Positions 12,422 through 30,789 of a stretch of DNA of 64,000 nt are shown one piece after another (position 1 is the first letter of the stretch; each line of letters starts with the position of its first letter). Below the pieces are notes generated by a model. The model did not search any database and was not told the origin of the DNA. It saw nothing but the letters and a program-made list of their open reading frames with translations. The stretch spans positions 17,794,001-17,858,000 of the forward strand of contig JBHGNT010000005.1 in NCBI GenBank assembly GCA_043228905.1, in the 5' to 3' direction. The translations under genes were made by a program, and so were the position numbers. Origin of the DNA: Azolla caroliniana (lineage: Eukaryota > Plantae > Polypodiophyta).

Positions 12422-13314
12422 CCAATGTCCATATTTCTAACATATTAACCTCTCTATCTTGTGTCTATTATGTAATATGGGTACACGTATATTGTACCCA
12501 ATGATAACAACCCTCCAATGTCCATGTTTTTTTAGTACCTAAACCTCACAATTGCCCAACATCCATGACGTGCATAATTGTACCTTAGAGATAATATGTA
12601 TCTGATTTCCATGTTTGTATAGAGCCTAAACCCAATAATTGTCCAATCTCCATAATATAGCACATGGAGATGACAATAGCTCAATATCCAATATGTTTCC
12701 ATAATACCTAGTAAAACACAACAATTGATCATTGTTTGTATTCATATACACGGAGGACATGCCCACTATTTGTTTTCCCCAACATAACATTTGTGTCCTT
12801 ATGCATGGCCACATGTCTTCCTCGTCAGATCTCCTTTTGTCCAACAAGTATGGCATGGTAAGGTTGTATAAGTAAGTTGTTGCACCCCACTTTTTTTAGA
12901 GTGAATTTGGGTTCACACATTGCATAATGTGGAATCGAAATTAATGGCCTCCCTACTTGCTCCCTATACACAAACATCATCATGTCTTCACAATATCATT
13001 TTTTTCATAACATCATCTCTTTACCTCTCTAATTGATAATCATTACTATATTGATTAATTATAATCATGAAGATATTTTCATCTCAAGGACCCATTTTCG
13101 ATTAGTTTGCACACTTCTACAACCCTCAACACAAAGAAGGTTGAAGTATTAGTTTATGTTAATATTGTAATTCCAAGATTAATATTGTTGTTTTTATTTT
13201 ATTTGGTAAAACCACACAATTATATTAATTGTATGTAAAATCCACTTGTTACAACTTCTTAGTCTCCTCTACCTACCTAACCTATGTAGGAAGAGGGACG
13301 TGCTATAAAGCTAC

Positions 13315-13753
13315 TGTTAATAATTAGGTAATTAAGCAAGGGTTAATTAGTACCTAATTATGTGATTAAGTTAAGCGGAAGATTAAGTGATATGTGTGTA
13401 TGTGTGTGAGAGGAAGAGAGAGAGAGAGAGATACACTTATGAACAACACAAGATGGGAGATGATTAACTCTATATTAAATTAGCATTATCATCATCAAAT
13501 ACAAAAATACCTACAATGAGGTATATATAGATTTAATGTGCAAGGGTGCACATGTGTGAGGATAATATAGGTACAAAAGTGTAAGTCCTATATTAAATGT
13601 ACTTAGGAGTGGAGGATCTAGAATATCGCACTTAAGTACAAGGTCCTATTTAAGGCGTTATAGTCAACACTTCTAATTAGGTTCTATCTAGGTAACTACG
13701 AAGTTACATGGTTGACTACCTAACTAAACTAAGTTGAGCTTGGTCTCTCAACA
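13315..13753 (-). mobile_element. Probable solo LTR
   Basis: TGTTAA...TCAACA termini, TATA-like element on the minus strand; flanking 5-mers GCTAC/ATTAC match only 3 of 5. Confidence 0.45.
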
Positions 13754-13799
13754 ATTACTATAAAACTTGATTATGCACTTAAGGAAATAATCCCCACAT

Positions 13800-16085
13800 G
13801 CTCTAAGATCCAAAATTTCCACATAATAATGCCTTTCAACTTCTTCATATAGGTGTTCACCCCATGTCTACCATTAAACGTGAAAACATAATCCAATTGT
13901 ATTGTAGTCCCTAATGCTATAAAAATTGGAACAATATCTTCAACCCATCATTTGGACCATTTTGAACATACTGAGAAAAAACCCATTGTTGAGGCCTCAA
14001 ATAACAATGGGTTAAAACTTGCCAAATGTCTGATAAGTACTTCCAAATGATACACATTATAAGGCATTTAATGAACTTATGAGTATTGTCCTCCAATGGA
14101 ATGGTACAGAAGAAGCACGTACCTAACCCTGGTCCTCATCTCTTTAAGGTTGAACCTAATGGGAGCTCACCAATCACGACTCTCCATATGAATACCTTTG
14201 CACAAAATGGCAACAATGTTGCAATATTTGCCACCACCTTGTATTCGACTTACATACATTCCACACCTTTTTTGTTGTAGGTGATAGCCAAGATAATGAT
14301 GTCATTGCATGCTGGTACAAGATATTTTTAGTGACCTATAACAAGCGTGTGCCATCCTGTAACCACCAATCCACCAAAGGTACAACATTTGTTTTCATTG
14401 GCAAGGATCCATGCAACAATGGTGTATCTTGTCATTTCTCCCAAATAAATCCATAATTTGGGGGAATACATAACCATCGTTTAGCACCTTCAAATTCCCA
14501 CAACCTTTGAGATTCATTATCAACCACATCTCCCAAATCTACAACACCTAATCGAAATAAACGATTGAATTGAGATCTCAGCTTCTCTTTTCCGTGCCAA
14601 CGCAATACTCGAGAATAAACCAACAATTTGTTTTGTAATGAATTACAAAATTCTCGATCACTTGATGGTGCCCACTCAAAAAAAGATAATGCATCTTGAC
14701 ATGACCTTACCAATTTTTGCCCGCATACAAAATGTTGAATCTTTAGAGGAATATATCCATTGAGTAATGGCCACCATGATGTTTGAACCTTCGTTTTTTG
14801 CCATGCACCAATCCTTCATGCTCAATAAAATATTGCATCATAGATATTCATGGTTGATCTTGTTGACATATATCTTGTAATAATGGAAATCTACGAGCCA
14901 TCAAATGCATTTCCAAATCCAATATTGCCGCACCACCTAACCATTTGGGAGTAGCCAAATGGTCCCACGAAATCAAGGTAACTCCCATGCTTTCTCCCTT
15001 CTGCCACAACATGAACCAAAGAGGTTGCAACAATGTTTGTAATGCTACAACAAATTCTTCACAATGTCTTGTAATTGAACTTGAAGATCCAAAAGCTCTT
15101 CATCATGTGGATTATTCATCAATAGTACATTGCATTGTGTAAGAATATGTGAAAATTTATTAATAATCTTTTAGCATTAGTCAAACCATACATATGGTGA
15201 ATATCATTCATGTTTTTTAATGTTGTATCCCATCCATGCCATCCCTTTTAAGTAACATGTCGAAAATGTGTTGTATATAGGCATCAAATAAGGAATGAAA
15301 CAATAAAGAATAATTAAACCCCAAAGGAACTCTGTCAAGCAATGTTTTATACATATCTACCACATATTTATTAAACTCAAAACATATGGCAAAATGATCC
15401 GAGGGCATAACCTCTTGCACAATTGACATATTAAATATCTTTGGCAAAAAAGACTCATCATGCATAACATACATTTTGTTGAACCTACTCCATGTTTCCT
15501 TATATTGCATAAACTAAAATGTCAACCCAAACTTATCTTGATGCAACCATTTCCGTGCATCCAACTTTAAAATCGATGACAATGGACACCAATCTATCCC
15601 AAAGTGCTTGCTCATAAGAATCCATCAATGAGAATCATGAAGTGGATTGGGATGCATCGATACACATTAAAATCATCCATCAACGAACCAACATGAACCC
15701 AGTAATAACCTTGGATACATAAAAGACCACAACTCAACTCGTTGATTAGTAGTGTTGGGGGCATTAATTCCTACAACCATATGAAAACTTCATAGTACTT
15801 GACTTCCATCACCAAAAAGTATCCATATATGATATGGATCATTACAGACTATATGTGGACAAAACAAATCATGAACAATCATGGCTACACCTAATAATGA
15901 TGTGATAATTGACTTGTATAATATGCGGAATATCCACGTAAATATAATACAAATCCTGCTAAATTATGACACTTATGTTTAACTACACATAAAACGTCTT
16001 ATTACTTATCAAATAAAGTTTTCCATAATATATATTTCTTATTAGGAGAAAATGCCCCTCACGCATTCCATAATACCACTTTCAA
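13800..16085 (-). pseudogene. Decayed L1-type ORF2 remnant (endonuclease and post-RT region), internally deleted
   Basis: Minus-strand motifs VVLWNA*GA, TWSRFNKMYV, SDHFAI and WDHLATPKWLGGAAILDL; many stops. Left boundary approximate. Confidence 0.75.
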
Positions 16086-16298
16086 AACAATATTAATTTA
16101 TCTAGGTTTAATTAAAATAGAATCTACAATAGATATATGATGAGAGCATTTTATAATAGATAATATTAATTTATAATTAAGTCATGCACTCATAGATTAA
16201 ATTAGTTTTGCACTATATGAAAACCTAGTTTTTCAACCAAATTAACACATCTAAGTTTTAATTCTTATAGTAAATATTCTTTATTGTTTATGATGGAA

Positions 16299-16352
<54 letters not shown>

Positions 16353-16634
16353 ATTATATATATTAAGAAAATTTGAGATCAATTAACCAATTTTTATTGC
16401 ATCTTTTATACTTCATTAATTTATATATGACTGATAGTTGTATAGGATTATCATGTTTATATGCCTTATGTTTTAGACTTGTTCTTCTATTAATATATGT
16501 GTTATTTAGAGAAACACATAAAGTCACACCATGAAATAGAAAAAAATGATGAGGATTATACCCATGACTTTTTTTGGGGTTCCTTGTCACGACCGAAGTA
16601 GAACTTGGTAGAGTGATTTCTCTCCACACTAGAC

Positions 16635-17051
16635 TAATAGTCGGCAACTGTTTGGTTCGGTTCGATTTGAGAGTGTCAAAACCAAACCGGTTTGTAAGTG
16701 AACTGTTTAAAAATTTTGAAACTTGAACTGAACCGAACCACAAAATCGTTAAATTGAACCATTTTTTAAAATTCAAGTAGTTAAAACCACAGTTTCAGTT
16801 TTCAACTTTAGGTTTAAATTCAAATTTAAAAATTTAAAATATTTCATTGTTTGTTCAAAATTTAAAGATTTTCTTAAAATGTGTGAATAAGGCTTGAAAA
16901 TGAAAAGATTGTTTTAAAAATAAATTTAATTAAAATAAACCCGTTAAACCGTGAAAACCACGATTTCTAATTGTTGAAACCGAACTGTTAAACCGTTAAG
17001 CCGCAATTTCGTGGTTCGGCTTGGTTCAAACCGAACTGTTGCCGACTGTTA
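16635..17051. mobile_element. hAT-type MITE (same TIR family as 12211-12421)
   Basis: TIR TAATAGTCGGCAAC/GTTGCCGACTGTTA; perfect 8-bp TSD CACTAGAC. Confidence 0.9.
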
Positions 17052-20000
17052 CACTAGACCACTATCAACATGAATTAGCTTCTTTCCTTGATCAACAACT
17101 TCACGAACACAACAAACAATCAACAGAATGGGCTAGATTGATGTTCCCTCGTGCTTTGATGGCATAAAAAGAACATATATATTCAACAAAATAAATTAAG
17201 TAAACACATTTCATGTGTTATGTGAGTGTGAAAGTATACACATACACACATACACACATAAAACAATTATGTATACACCAAAGAGCATAAACTATTAATC
17301 AAGATGGGGGAATATTGCAATGAACCTACAAAAATAAGTAAATAAAAAATAATCAACACATTATACAAAACAAGGAACTGACTTCTATGGAACTTCTTCA
17401 AAACTACACATAGAATTTAGGAATGATCTAGTAATGAATGGGAGTACGAATGAGATACCTAAAGTATCCACTTGATTCAACTCACACGGATCTCCTATTC
17501 AAAAGTCAATGGTAGGCGTTATTATACATATATTCAAAAATTCAATGGTGTCCTCACATACAAGGTGTGTGATTGATCTTGTTATGTCAACAAAATTAAA
17601 CCCCGGACCTAACTAAAAAAGAATTGAGGTTTAATTGATCAGAACATCCTCATTAGAAATTTCCTTATAAATAATGATAGTTTATAACCATATATTAATT
17701 AACTTTATGTAGGATTTATTTAAGCAGTTAATTTAGATTGTTTCCAAATGTTTAAAATCTTGAAATCTTGAATATGAATTGATTGATTTCTTTTTAACAT
17801 GTCTTAATTAATTATATTATATTTGGATGTTTTATATTAAATAAAATTATATATACCTTTGAATCCAAAAATAATAATAGGTAAAAACTGAAATATGGCA
17901 ATTGGTAAGTAGTATTACGATCTAGTACATTTGGAAGGCCACGTGCTTGAAAGTATGTATTTCAAAATGTGACAAAAAGGCTTGTTCATACACTTACCAG
18001 AATTTGGACAATGATTGTGCATAATCTAAGAGGTTGTTTGGATAACATAAACGATGACACTCAACATGTAGAGTTACACCATTTGAAGTTTTATGCCATA
18101 TCAGACGAAGGTATATATTTTATAGGCAGTTTTTTAAAAATGTGTAGTGGTTTTGCTCCACGCCAAATTATTTATTTAAGGAGATAGTTAGAACTTAACC
18201 TTAGTTTTTAAAAAAAGGCAATTATAACCTCAATGTGTTTCTTAATACTAATGGAGTATTTTCTTCATATATATATATATTATGGTAAGAAAATTATTTT
18301 TATTAATTGATTAAATATATTCCATATTTTTTACTATTATGAAGATAATTTCATGACCATACTTAACTTAAGAAGAAGAAGATGATGATGATAATGATGG
18401 TTATAATTATAATAATAACAACGAAAGAAAAAATTCAAGTTATTGAAGAAACTTAATTAACCTTTACATGATTTAATTGTTTTATTGATTTCTCATATTT
18501 TTTGTAAACTTTATAATACACTATCATGTCTTGCTCCTTACAATTGCATTTGCTTTTTATACTAATGTGTGGTTTATTTCAAAGAGCAAATAAGACTCAC
18601 CATGAAGTAGGACAAAATGATGAGGATTACAAACTTTGCGAGGGGTATTGAATCTAAGGGTGTGCACAAATTGAGATTTAACCAAAGCTTGGATTTCCGA
18701 GCATAGCCAAAGCAAAACCTAATGAACCGAGTACTCTTTACACTAGGTAATTGATGTGTCAAGCATAGTTTTGAAACATGATTGTGGTGTTTTGGTCGCT
18801 TGATGGCTATTGGCAAGAGCAGGTGGTAGGAAGGGTTGGTTGTTAAATAGTTGTGTGTCAAGGTTGTCCCATCACCAAAATTTATTGAAATAACAATATT
18901 TATAGCTTTTACTACTATGTAGATGAGACCTTGATGAGTTAGTATGTACTATGAACTATCTAATGGTATTTTGTAAATATAAAGAAATATCTATTTTGAC
19001 TTGTTCTATTCTAGAGAATCATTAGCATTCCTATCATTTGTATTGAAAAATGAACTCATTTAAGTGTCCCTTAAACTATTAATTATAAGTCAATATATAT
19101 AATACAATTAAGATTCTTGTTAATGTTCATACACTTAAAATGTTTCTATGTCATGTCCAGGGTACGTGACAAACTCATTGATTGAAGTAGCTCATCTATT
19201 AACTAACAATTATGGAGAGGGGATTGACATTATCTTATTGCATAAATAATCCACGACAACACGAATTATTCATAAGGTTCTAACATTCCTTATTTGCTCA
19301 TTTATTTTGGAGAAGTTGATGTATCAAATGCCCTAATTAAGTGAACTCTTGTCAAAGATGTTATTTCAAATTTCTCCACATTCAATATGAAATTCTTGAA
19401 CATTGGGCTTTAATTAGTTTCATCTTTGGCATGTCCATTATGCAAGTAGACTCATATAAAAGGTAAGTATCTCGCCAAAATAGTTATGGAGTGAGGTGCA
19501 AGGATAACCAACTTTTGCAAGGGGAAATACTCAAGATTAACAACTGCTCTTCTTGTGGAAACTCATCACTCTAACAAACAATTAATACAATTTATTTGAA
19601 TACATGTAGTTGACTACTCTTTTAGGAGAGAATTTGGTCACATTAACAACGATGGCTGAACATATGCAATGTGAAGTCACATCTTTGGGGAAACTCTTTG
19701 ATATAGATGAAAACTTAGATGAGCTAGATCCATGTTTTGCATCAACTTGAACCCATGATAAGATAATGATAAAAACCAACGATATTTCCAACTTCTCCCC
19801 AATGAACCTTGGCTCTCAAAGAGCCTTTACACTTCTTCAAACTCACTCACACCAATTAGATGTTGAAGTGACATCCTAAAATCATCACCCAATTATAAAA
19901 AAATTCAAAGAAAACCTATTCGAGGATGAACATCACTATTTATCGCATGTTCATGGTATAGGGTATTTTGCGAAAATATGATGACTTGTTAGACGAGCAT

Positions 20001-23000
20001 GATAATGTAGTCCATACTCAAATGTCTAGCAAGAAGGGTAACCACATAAGTGCATGCATTAGTTTCACATAGAGGGTTTTTACTACAAAGTAGTTAACCC
20101 TTGGTCTTAAGCAACCACATGAAAAGTTGATTTGGTCTAATAGTCAAAATTGGCTTCTTCATCGACAATAATAATTCTATTCTATGGGGATGCCCTCATA
20201 AGCATCAATAATTGCCCCTAATATTTTCCAAATATGTTTGTTTGGCAATGTTCACCAATCGCACAATTTACACAATCCTTCATATGCATAGAGTGTGGTT
20301 ACTATATCATTGCCATAAAAAAGAAGTAATACAATGAACATACTAATTCTAGGCACGTCAATAACATTATGGTCCACAACCACCAACAGATCAATTCATA
20401 GACCAAAGATTGTGGGGTAGAGAGAACACCCTTGCTTGACCTCCATATTGTTTGGAGAATACGTCCAAGTAACCTCAAGACTTTTTTAGTTGGCATAACA
20501 CTTTCTCGTATTGTTTGTTTACATCCATTTGAAGTTTGGGACCGAGTCAAATGCTTCTTTGAAGATCATGAAGCAAAATAAAGTGTTGTGTCCACACGTG
20601 AACTTTCATTCATCATTGTCCGTATAACGTTACAATGGTGATTTTTTGTAGTATGTTTTTAGTCTTCAATAAAACTATTGATATGCAATCCAAGGCTTTC
20701 GTTCAAGGTTTGTGAAGCCGTCCAACGAAGATTTCTTTACCTGGTTCCTAAAGCAACATAACATGCTCACCAACACGTGGTAGGAAGGTGTAAAGTACCA
20801 ACTATTAGATACATGTTATTGAATACTCCATGTCTCCCTCTCTTTATGTGAAGAAGGCCTATGTTAAGTTTCCATTTCAATCCATGTCTCTTTACTTGCC
20901 ACTTGCATGTTGTTTGTCAACTCCATGTACTTATGTTCCTAGACATGTGGATGAGAATTACAAGTTGGGCATAGCATGGTTGCCCTTGAGTGCTAACATT
21001 ATTTTTTTGCTATTACTTAAAAAGCTAGCAAATAGTTGGTATGGTTGTTGACTTTTTCCTTACGTTCAATTCATTACATTTGCTACAAAAAAATCTTGGA
21101 CTTTTGCCTTCAATTCACGATAATCATTTACGAGCAATAATCAATCCATTTTTGGACCGCCATGATAATGATCAGACCATCTACAATGCTATCCATTTTA
21201 GTCAATATATGGCTTGAGGTGACCTTTTCCATCTGAACACACTCATTCTCAAAGGGAGTGATTACAACCGTTTGACCTAGAACCTAGTAGCTCGCTCCCA
21301 CGTTCATCAAGTGTGGTCCCCCTGGTAGTGTGCAAGGCAACCATGAGGGCCAAGATTACCCCATGTGTCGCTAAATTGCTTGGTGTTTGAGGTACATAAC
21401 TTTGTATTGGTTGTTGCAGCTGGTAGGTGTTAGTCATATGTCTCACCCTGCCTTTCATGCCATATATATGCGCGCATGGCTTTCTTGCTATGTTAATTTC
21501 TGTGTGTAATGGTCATGGAAATCAGATGAAGTTTTAATGGGGATTGGCCCTCGATGGGCATGGCCTACAGTTTGTTCAAATGACACATGCTGGGCCAACG
21601 AGCTTGTGGTAGGGCGGGTCGGGTCGGGTCCAGGTCAGGGAAGAAAGGTCAAGGTCTGGGTCTGGGTCTGGATCTGGATCAATCTAAAAAAGGTCCAGAG
21701 AGGAAGCCTTCTTCCTGCGTTGACCTTCTTCTCTCTTAATCAGCCCCTCCTACTACTACTCATATGTATAATGTGGTAATAAGTACACATACATATGTAG
21801 TAAAAGGATTGAAGGAGTATATATGATTGAGAGGAATGGCTTGATTTAGCCCCCCTTCTGCTAAGAATAGAAGAAGCAGAAGCCGAAGCAGCAGCAGAAG
21901 AAGAAGACTGGATAAGGTCAGACAGACTAAAGACAGTAAAAGAAAGACAGAAGAAGAAGAAGAAGAAGAAGAAGAAGAAGAAGAAGGCAGATCGTCAGAG
22001 CCAGTGGAAGCTCTCTATATCCCCTCTCACAAATTCCTTACTCTTCTCCTCCGCCTTCCTCCCTCCAAAACAAAGGTAACACAAAAACTACAAAACCCTA
22101 AAACCCCCCCATTTTTATCATCTCTAACCCTAGTTTTCTTGGGTTCCTGCTAATAATTGGAGGCTCCATTTGTTTCTCGACCATTTCCTGCCCCCCCTCG
22201 CCCCTCGCCCATTTTTGTTTTCCTGCATCAGAAAACCTCCCCTATTTTTTTTTTTTTTTCTTTTTCCTGCTGAAAATGGACCTCTCTCCATTTTATTTCA
22301 GATCATTTCACGCTCTCATGAATTAGCCTCCATTTTGTTGCGCTGCTCTGTTTTCGACCACAATTTCATCTTTTTCTTCCACCTTGCATGAGATCTGTGT
22401 GTCTATAACATTTTCTGCCATAGTTACAGGCCTGAAACCTTAAGATTTTCAGCAAATAGACAGATAAATAAGCTGGAAAATAAACAGAAGAAGACTCAAG
22501 ATCTGGCTGTGTGTAAGTTCTAGTGCTATAGAAAATATCCTAAATTGAAGAAACAAAAAACATATATCTAAATGTACAAGGGGGGAATCACTAAAATTTA
22601 CTTTTATCATATATATCAGAAACTCAATATAAGAGTGCTGGCTAAATTAACATTAAGCACATAATTGATGCCTTTAGTAGCAATATGTGTGAGGCCTCCC
22701 AAAATTAATTTACAGAAATGATGAACTGAAGTTTGCTAATTTACTAGATTCAATTAGTAAATGCTAGCATGTCCGAAAACGTTCAAATAAGAAGCTTGGG
22801 TCCCTAAATTAGAAAAAGGGATGTCTGAACGAATCAAATTAGAAGCTTAATTTGCTAATTACGTCTCAAATTAAAAGATGGGCATGTCCTGATTCTATCA
22901 GAAGCTTAATTTGATGTTTTGTATAATTATTTAAAAAAATTTGTTATAATGAGGAGCTCCAACTTTGACCAAGCAAAATCACAGGAATTTGGAAAATAGA

Positions 23001-23221
23001 CAGTATACTTCCTAAATTTCTAAAACATATTAACCATATTTAGGTATTTTCCGCGCTCTAATATATTATGTATGTATATACATGCACACATATGCATACA
23101 TATGGATCATGGATCTGACCGTGTCTAAGCTTTTGGATCGTAGTAAAAGAATGATCTTTGTATATTTTGCAGATAAACATACAGACGTGTATGATACATA
23201 CACACAGTGATAAACTAGATA

Positions 23222-26301
<3,080 letters not shown>

Positions 26302-27659
26302 TCAAATCAATGGCAGGGGAGCTTGTAGAAAAATGGCATTTGTGTTGGTTTATTGTATGTTATCCATGAGTAGAATATTGGTGGGTTCTGTAATAGTCTT
26401 TTAAGATTTTCAAGGTTGAATCATATTCATGGGCGGAATGTGTAGCCCGATGGATCAGTTGTTGAATGTTTTAATAGCTTTTCTTTGACTCTTCCACAGA
26501 TTGAGTTTCATCATCCACGATACTGTTCATGATCTTCTTTTTCAGTTACTTTCAGTTGGATTTATAAGGTCTGGAAAACGATAAACAACAGCGAAAAATA
26601 TCTTGCAAATGAAGTAAAATAATTAAGCCTGCTGTTTCCATTGTAGTTGTACTACTAGAGTTTCAAAAGATTTTAGCCAACTAGCCAGTACAATGATGAA
26701 ACCAAATGCATGTTTTAGCCAAGATGAAAGGAAGCAAATTTAAACATTGTCAAGATTGCACTGTCACATGGATCAATGTAATAGAACAAGTTCCTTCCTG
26801 CATGGAGGAAGAGGTCCAAATATTTAATTGGGTCTATGCTTTCCTACATTAGTATATGGGTTTGTATATTGTAATGGGTTCAACTTATGTATAAAAAGGG
26901 CCCAAATAAAGTTTTTACTTATAGGTTCTTCTTAGGGGTAATAAGGGGTTTTTTAGAAACATAACCCTTATTATTACTATTTCCGTTTTTTGGGAATATA
27001 CTAAAAGAACATCACAAAGGAAATAGAGAGAGATAGAAGATAGAAGTAGAGTAGCCAGCTATTGTTTTCACCCCGATCGATGACCAAACTATCTCTGATT
27101 GTCGTCGAAATTTAGTGAGTTGTTCCTGATATTGTGTTCTTCAAATCCAATGGTTGGATTATTGTTTTGATCTCTCTATCTTCATAGATTCTGCTCTGAT
27201 CAGAATTTATGAATTTTTGAAAATTGCTACTATATGTAATGATTTGTTGAATCAAGGACTTACCTTGAAGATTGTAAAGCCTTTGTTACCCCTTTTTCTG
27301 GAGGAACACACTCTCGATTACTACTTCTGATTAACTAGATCAAGGTAATTGTGGTAGGAAGGAGGAAGGGACTTCGGGTCGTCCCGTCAACTGTGTACTT
27401 AGCCGAATACGAGAGTTAGGAAGGTAACTCAATCCCAAGGGTTCCCAGATAACTCTTTCTGTGGATACCCGAGCTCGTCTAATCCGCATGACACTCGGGA
27501 TACAAACCACTGCTAGAGCTTCGTAAGGAACACAGTAATGGTGTCGTGAAGGATTCCGGCCACATGGAGAAACTTAGTTGGACGGGTGTGTGCAAGGATG
27601 CACACGAATGAGGCTTATGTATATATAAAGAACAAATGTAAATAATGAAGTATATAAGG

Positions 27660-29702
27660 AGAGATGTGCTGCTACCCTTGTCTCAGAGTTTAAGAACCAG
27701 CTCGGGGAGTTCATTCCACATAACTTTAGGAGCTATTGGCGAAATTCACAGTTCAAGGAATGTATGAATCACTTACCACCAGATGTTATGGTATCTATTA
27801 TTGACTTTGTAGAGAACTATACGTTTAAAGGTCAAAATGAGGTTCAGTCAATGCATTGGTACAATGACCAATGTACAATACTTGTACATATTTGCTACTA
27901 GAGAGAAGACGGTGAGTTACATAAGAAATCAATATTCTACATTTCAAATGATAAAAAACATGATACGCTATTTGTTCAACATTGTTTTACGCTTCACCAC
28001 GTAGATTTATTGTCCTTGGGTGCTAACTTTAATCACCATTGGGTCTGGTCTGATGGTGCTGCCTCACAATTTAAGGCGGCCCGGTCCTTCTACTTCATTG
28101 CAAGGTGAGGAAATAATCCATATGTTTGGTACTTATAAATGGAAGTCTATTTTGGTAATACTTCATAGTACTTATAAATGTTTGTATAAAATACAATTAG
28201 TAATTCTCCTACTACATGCACCAGTACTGTCTTGAAATGTGAATCTTAACTGATTGGCCATTTAGTTCTCCCCTACTAGATTCGCTAGTATTGATTATGG
28301 TAATAACCGTGTTAAGTAAACTTAATTTACAACTTAGTACTGTCCTCCCAGGTGCACAAGTACTAATTAAGGTTCAGGCCTTGTAATGTATCCTTATTTT
28401 ACACCATAGTATTGTCCTCTCTAGTGCACATGTACAAGTACTGATTATGGTTTACAACTAAGTACTCAGATCCCGCATACACAAGTACTAATTTATAACT
28501 TAGGATTGTCATCCTGCTGGCATGAGTACTAATTTATATCTCAGCATTGTCCTCTCTTTTGCATTAGTACTAATGAATAACTTTGTACTATTCTCTTTCG
28601 TTCATTAGTACCAATTTATAACTTTGGACTGCCATCCGACAACCACAAGCACTAATTAATACTTAGCATTGTCCTCTCTCATACATTTGTATTAATTAAT
28701 CACTTAATTGTATTCAACTTTGTTCATTAGTGCTAATTTATAACTTAGTTGTATTCAACTTTGTTCATTAGTACTAATTTATAACTTAGGATGGTCCTCT
28801 ATCGTGCATTAGTACTAATTAATAACTTGGCACTGTCCAACTTTGTTCATTAAGACTAATTTATAGCTTAGGATTGTCCTCTCTCATTAGTACTAATTAT
28901 TAACTTAGTACTATCCAACTATGTTTATTAGTACTAATTATTAACTTAGTACTATCCAACTTTGTTCATTAAGACCAACTTATAACTTAGGAATGTCCTC
29001 TTTCATGCATTAGTACTAATTAAAAACTTAGTATTGTCCAACTTTGTTCATTAAGACCAACTTATAACTTAGGGTTGTCCTCTCTCATGCATTAATACTA
29101 ATTAATAACTTAATACTGTCCAACTTTGTTCATTAAGACCAACTTATAACTTAGGACTATCCTCTCTTATGCATTAGTACTAATTAATAACTTAGTACTA
29201 TCCAACTTTGTTCATTAAGACCAACTTATAACTTAGGATTGTTCTCTCTCATGCATTAGTACTAATTAATAACTTACCACTTTGCTCTCTCGTTTGTTAG
29301 TACTAATTTCCAACTTAGTATTGTCCTCTCTTGTGCATTAGTAATAATCAATAACTTAGTACTATCCTCTCGTTCATTTGTACTGATTCGGGTCTTAGTA
29401 TTGTCCTCTCTCGTGCATTACACTTAATAATTATGGTTTAAGTCATGTTAAGAATTGTACGCTCCAGTAATGCACTAACTATGTTTGTTGGCTAATTGTA
29501 ATGCAAAACACCCAAATACTTCTCATTGACAAACATTAGGATGCAATGGAACTACTTCGGGTTTGGACATGGAAAGAGAGAGAACGATGGCGCGGGGGCT
29601 GTGATCAAGTGTGCTCTTACAAGTGAGTAGTTAGATAATAAAGGTGCTAACTTACAAAATGCACATGATGTTGTGGAGTGGCTCACATGGAAGATGTCAA
29701 AT
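27660..29702 (+). pseudogene. Sola2-like DDD transposase, catalytic core (outer, older element); intron 28105 to about 29515
   Basis: Manual translation: IDFVENYTFKGQNEVQSMHW...ISNDKKHD...WSDGAASQFK | MQWNYFGFGHGKRENDGAG. In-frame stops; the acceptor AG appears mutated to AA. Confidence 0.8.
28300..29420. repeat. Intronic tandem array of about 39-41-bp units (79-bp dimers) built on the palindrome ATTAGTACTAAT
   Basis: Recurring CATTAGTACTAATT(A/T)ATAACTTAG(TA/GA)(C/T)TGTCC units. Confidence 0.88.
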
Positions 29703-30081
29703 AACACGTTCGCGTTCACAAGTGGAAGGATTGCGCATTCCACTTATAGAATCTTCTTGAAACTATCCAAATACACCCTCTCTACAAAAATTGGATGCAC
29801 TAGTATCACATGTTCGACAACTTGATTAGAATTTGCAAATATAAAAATACATGATAGGTCTACGAGTGGAGATCATTAGAAATCATGCAAGTTTGGACGT
29901 GTTGATAAGTTAATGTAGGCATAATAAAGTTCAACAATGGTTCAATATGTCACTAAGGTGCGACATGGGAAACACTAAGTTAAAGACTTATATTAATTTG
30001 GTAATTTTTACAAAAAGATAAGGTGTACTTGTAACCATACTAATAAAACGAGTTATAATTTATACTTTGACCCATACGTGC

Positions 30082-30355
30082 ATGTATATAATTGTGGACA
30101 ATGTAGGATAGTCCACTTTAGGATAATGTGATTGGAATAACTAACTTATTAAAGTATTCAATACTTGTATTTAAAGTTGATCTCATCTATTCCTCAGTTT
30201 GTTTGTATGGGATCAAACCATATGTATATAATTGTGGACAATGTAAGATAGTGAACTTTAGGATAATGTGGTGGAAATAACAAACCTATTAAGGCTTTCA
30301 TACTTGTATTTAAAATTGATCTACTCTATTGCTTAGGTGATTCACACGGGATCGA
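30082..30355. repeat. 140-bp tandem duplication inside the transposon
   Basis: ATGTATATAATTGTGGACAATGTA starts at 30082 and 30222. Confidence 0.85.
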
Positions 30356-30789
30356 ACTCCGAACGATAACGCTAGTGGAACTACAAGCGTATAAAAACAT
30401 GCGGATAACGCTAGTGGAACCATTATCAACACACTACACAATCTAAGCAGCAATGGAATAGAAACATAATAGTTTTAACAATAGAAGACAAAGATCCATA
30501 ATAACAACATGGATAGTCATGGCAACAATTCTACGACCATGTTATGTTAAGATAAACATGGACCAAAATCAGCCTCAATTTAAACTAATTCATGTTTCTC
30601 CATAAATTTGGTAGTCAGCTATGCACGCGGTGAAACCAATGTCATAAGTCTACTAACCAAGTATATAAAAATAAAATTGAAACATATAGAAGATTATAAA
30701 GAATAGAATCCACCAAGTAAAACCCAAAATTTGTATTAATAATGTGAAATCCAAACAAATCGTCAATGTCATTTTCTTCATAGAGTCTA

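Larger units (their letters stand above)
10196..21714 (+). repeat. Segmental duplication block A (source copy)
   Basis: Near-identical to 40605-52107 (offset 30409, then 30393 after a (TA)n length difference). Confidence 0.97.

Noticed and set aside
19300-21250. Possible decayed minus-strand transposase (MULE-like)
   Set aside because: Coding-like composition and faint motifs only; too degraded to assign by eye.
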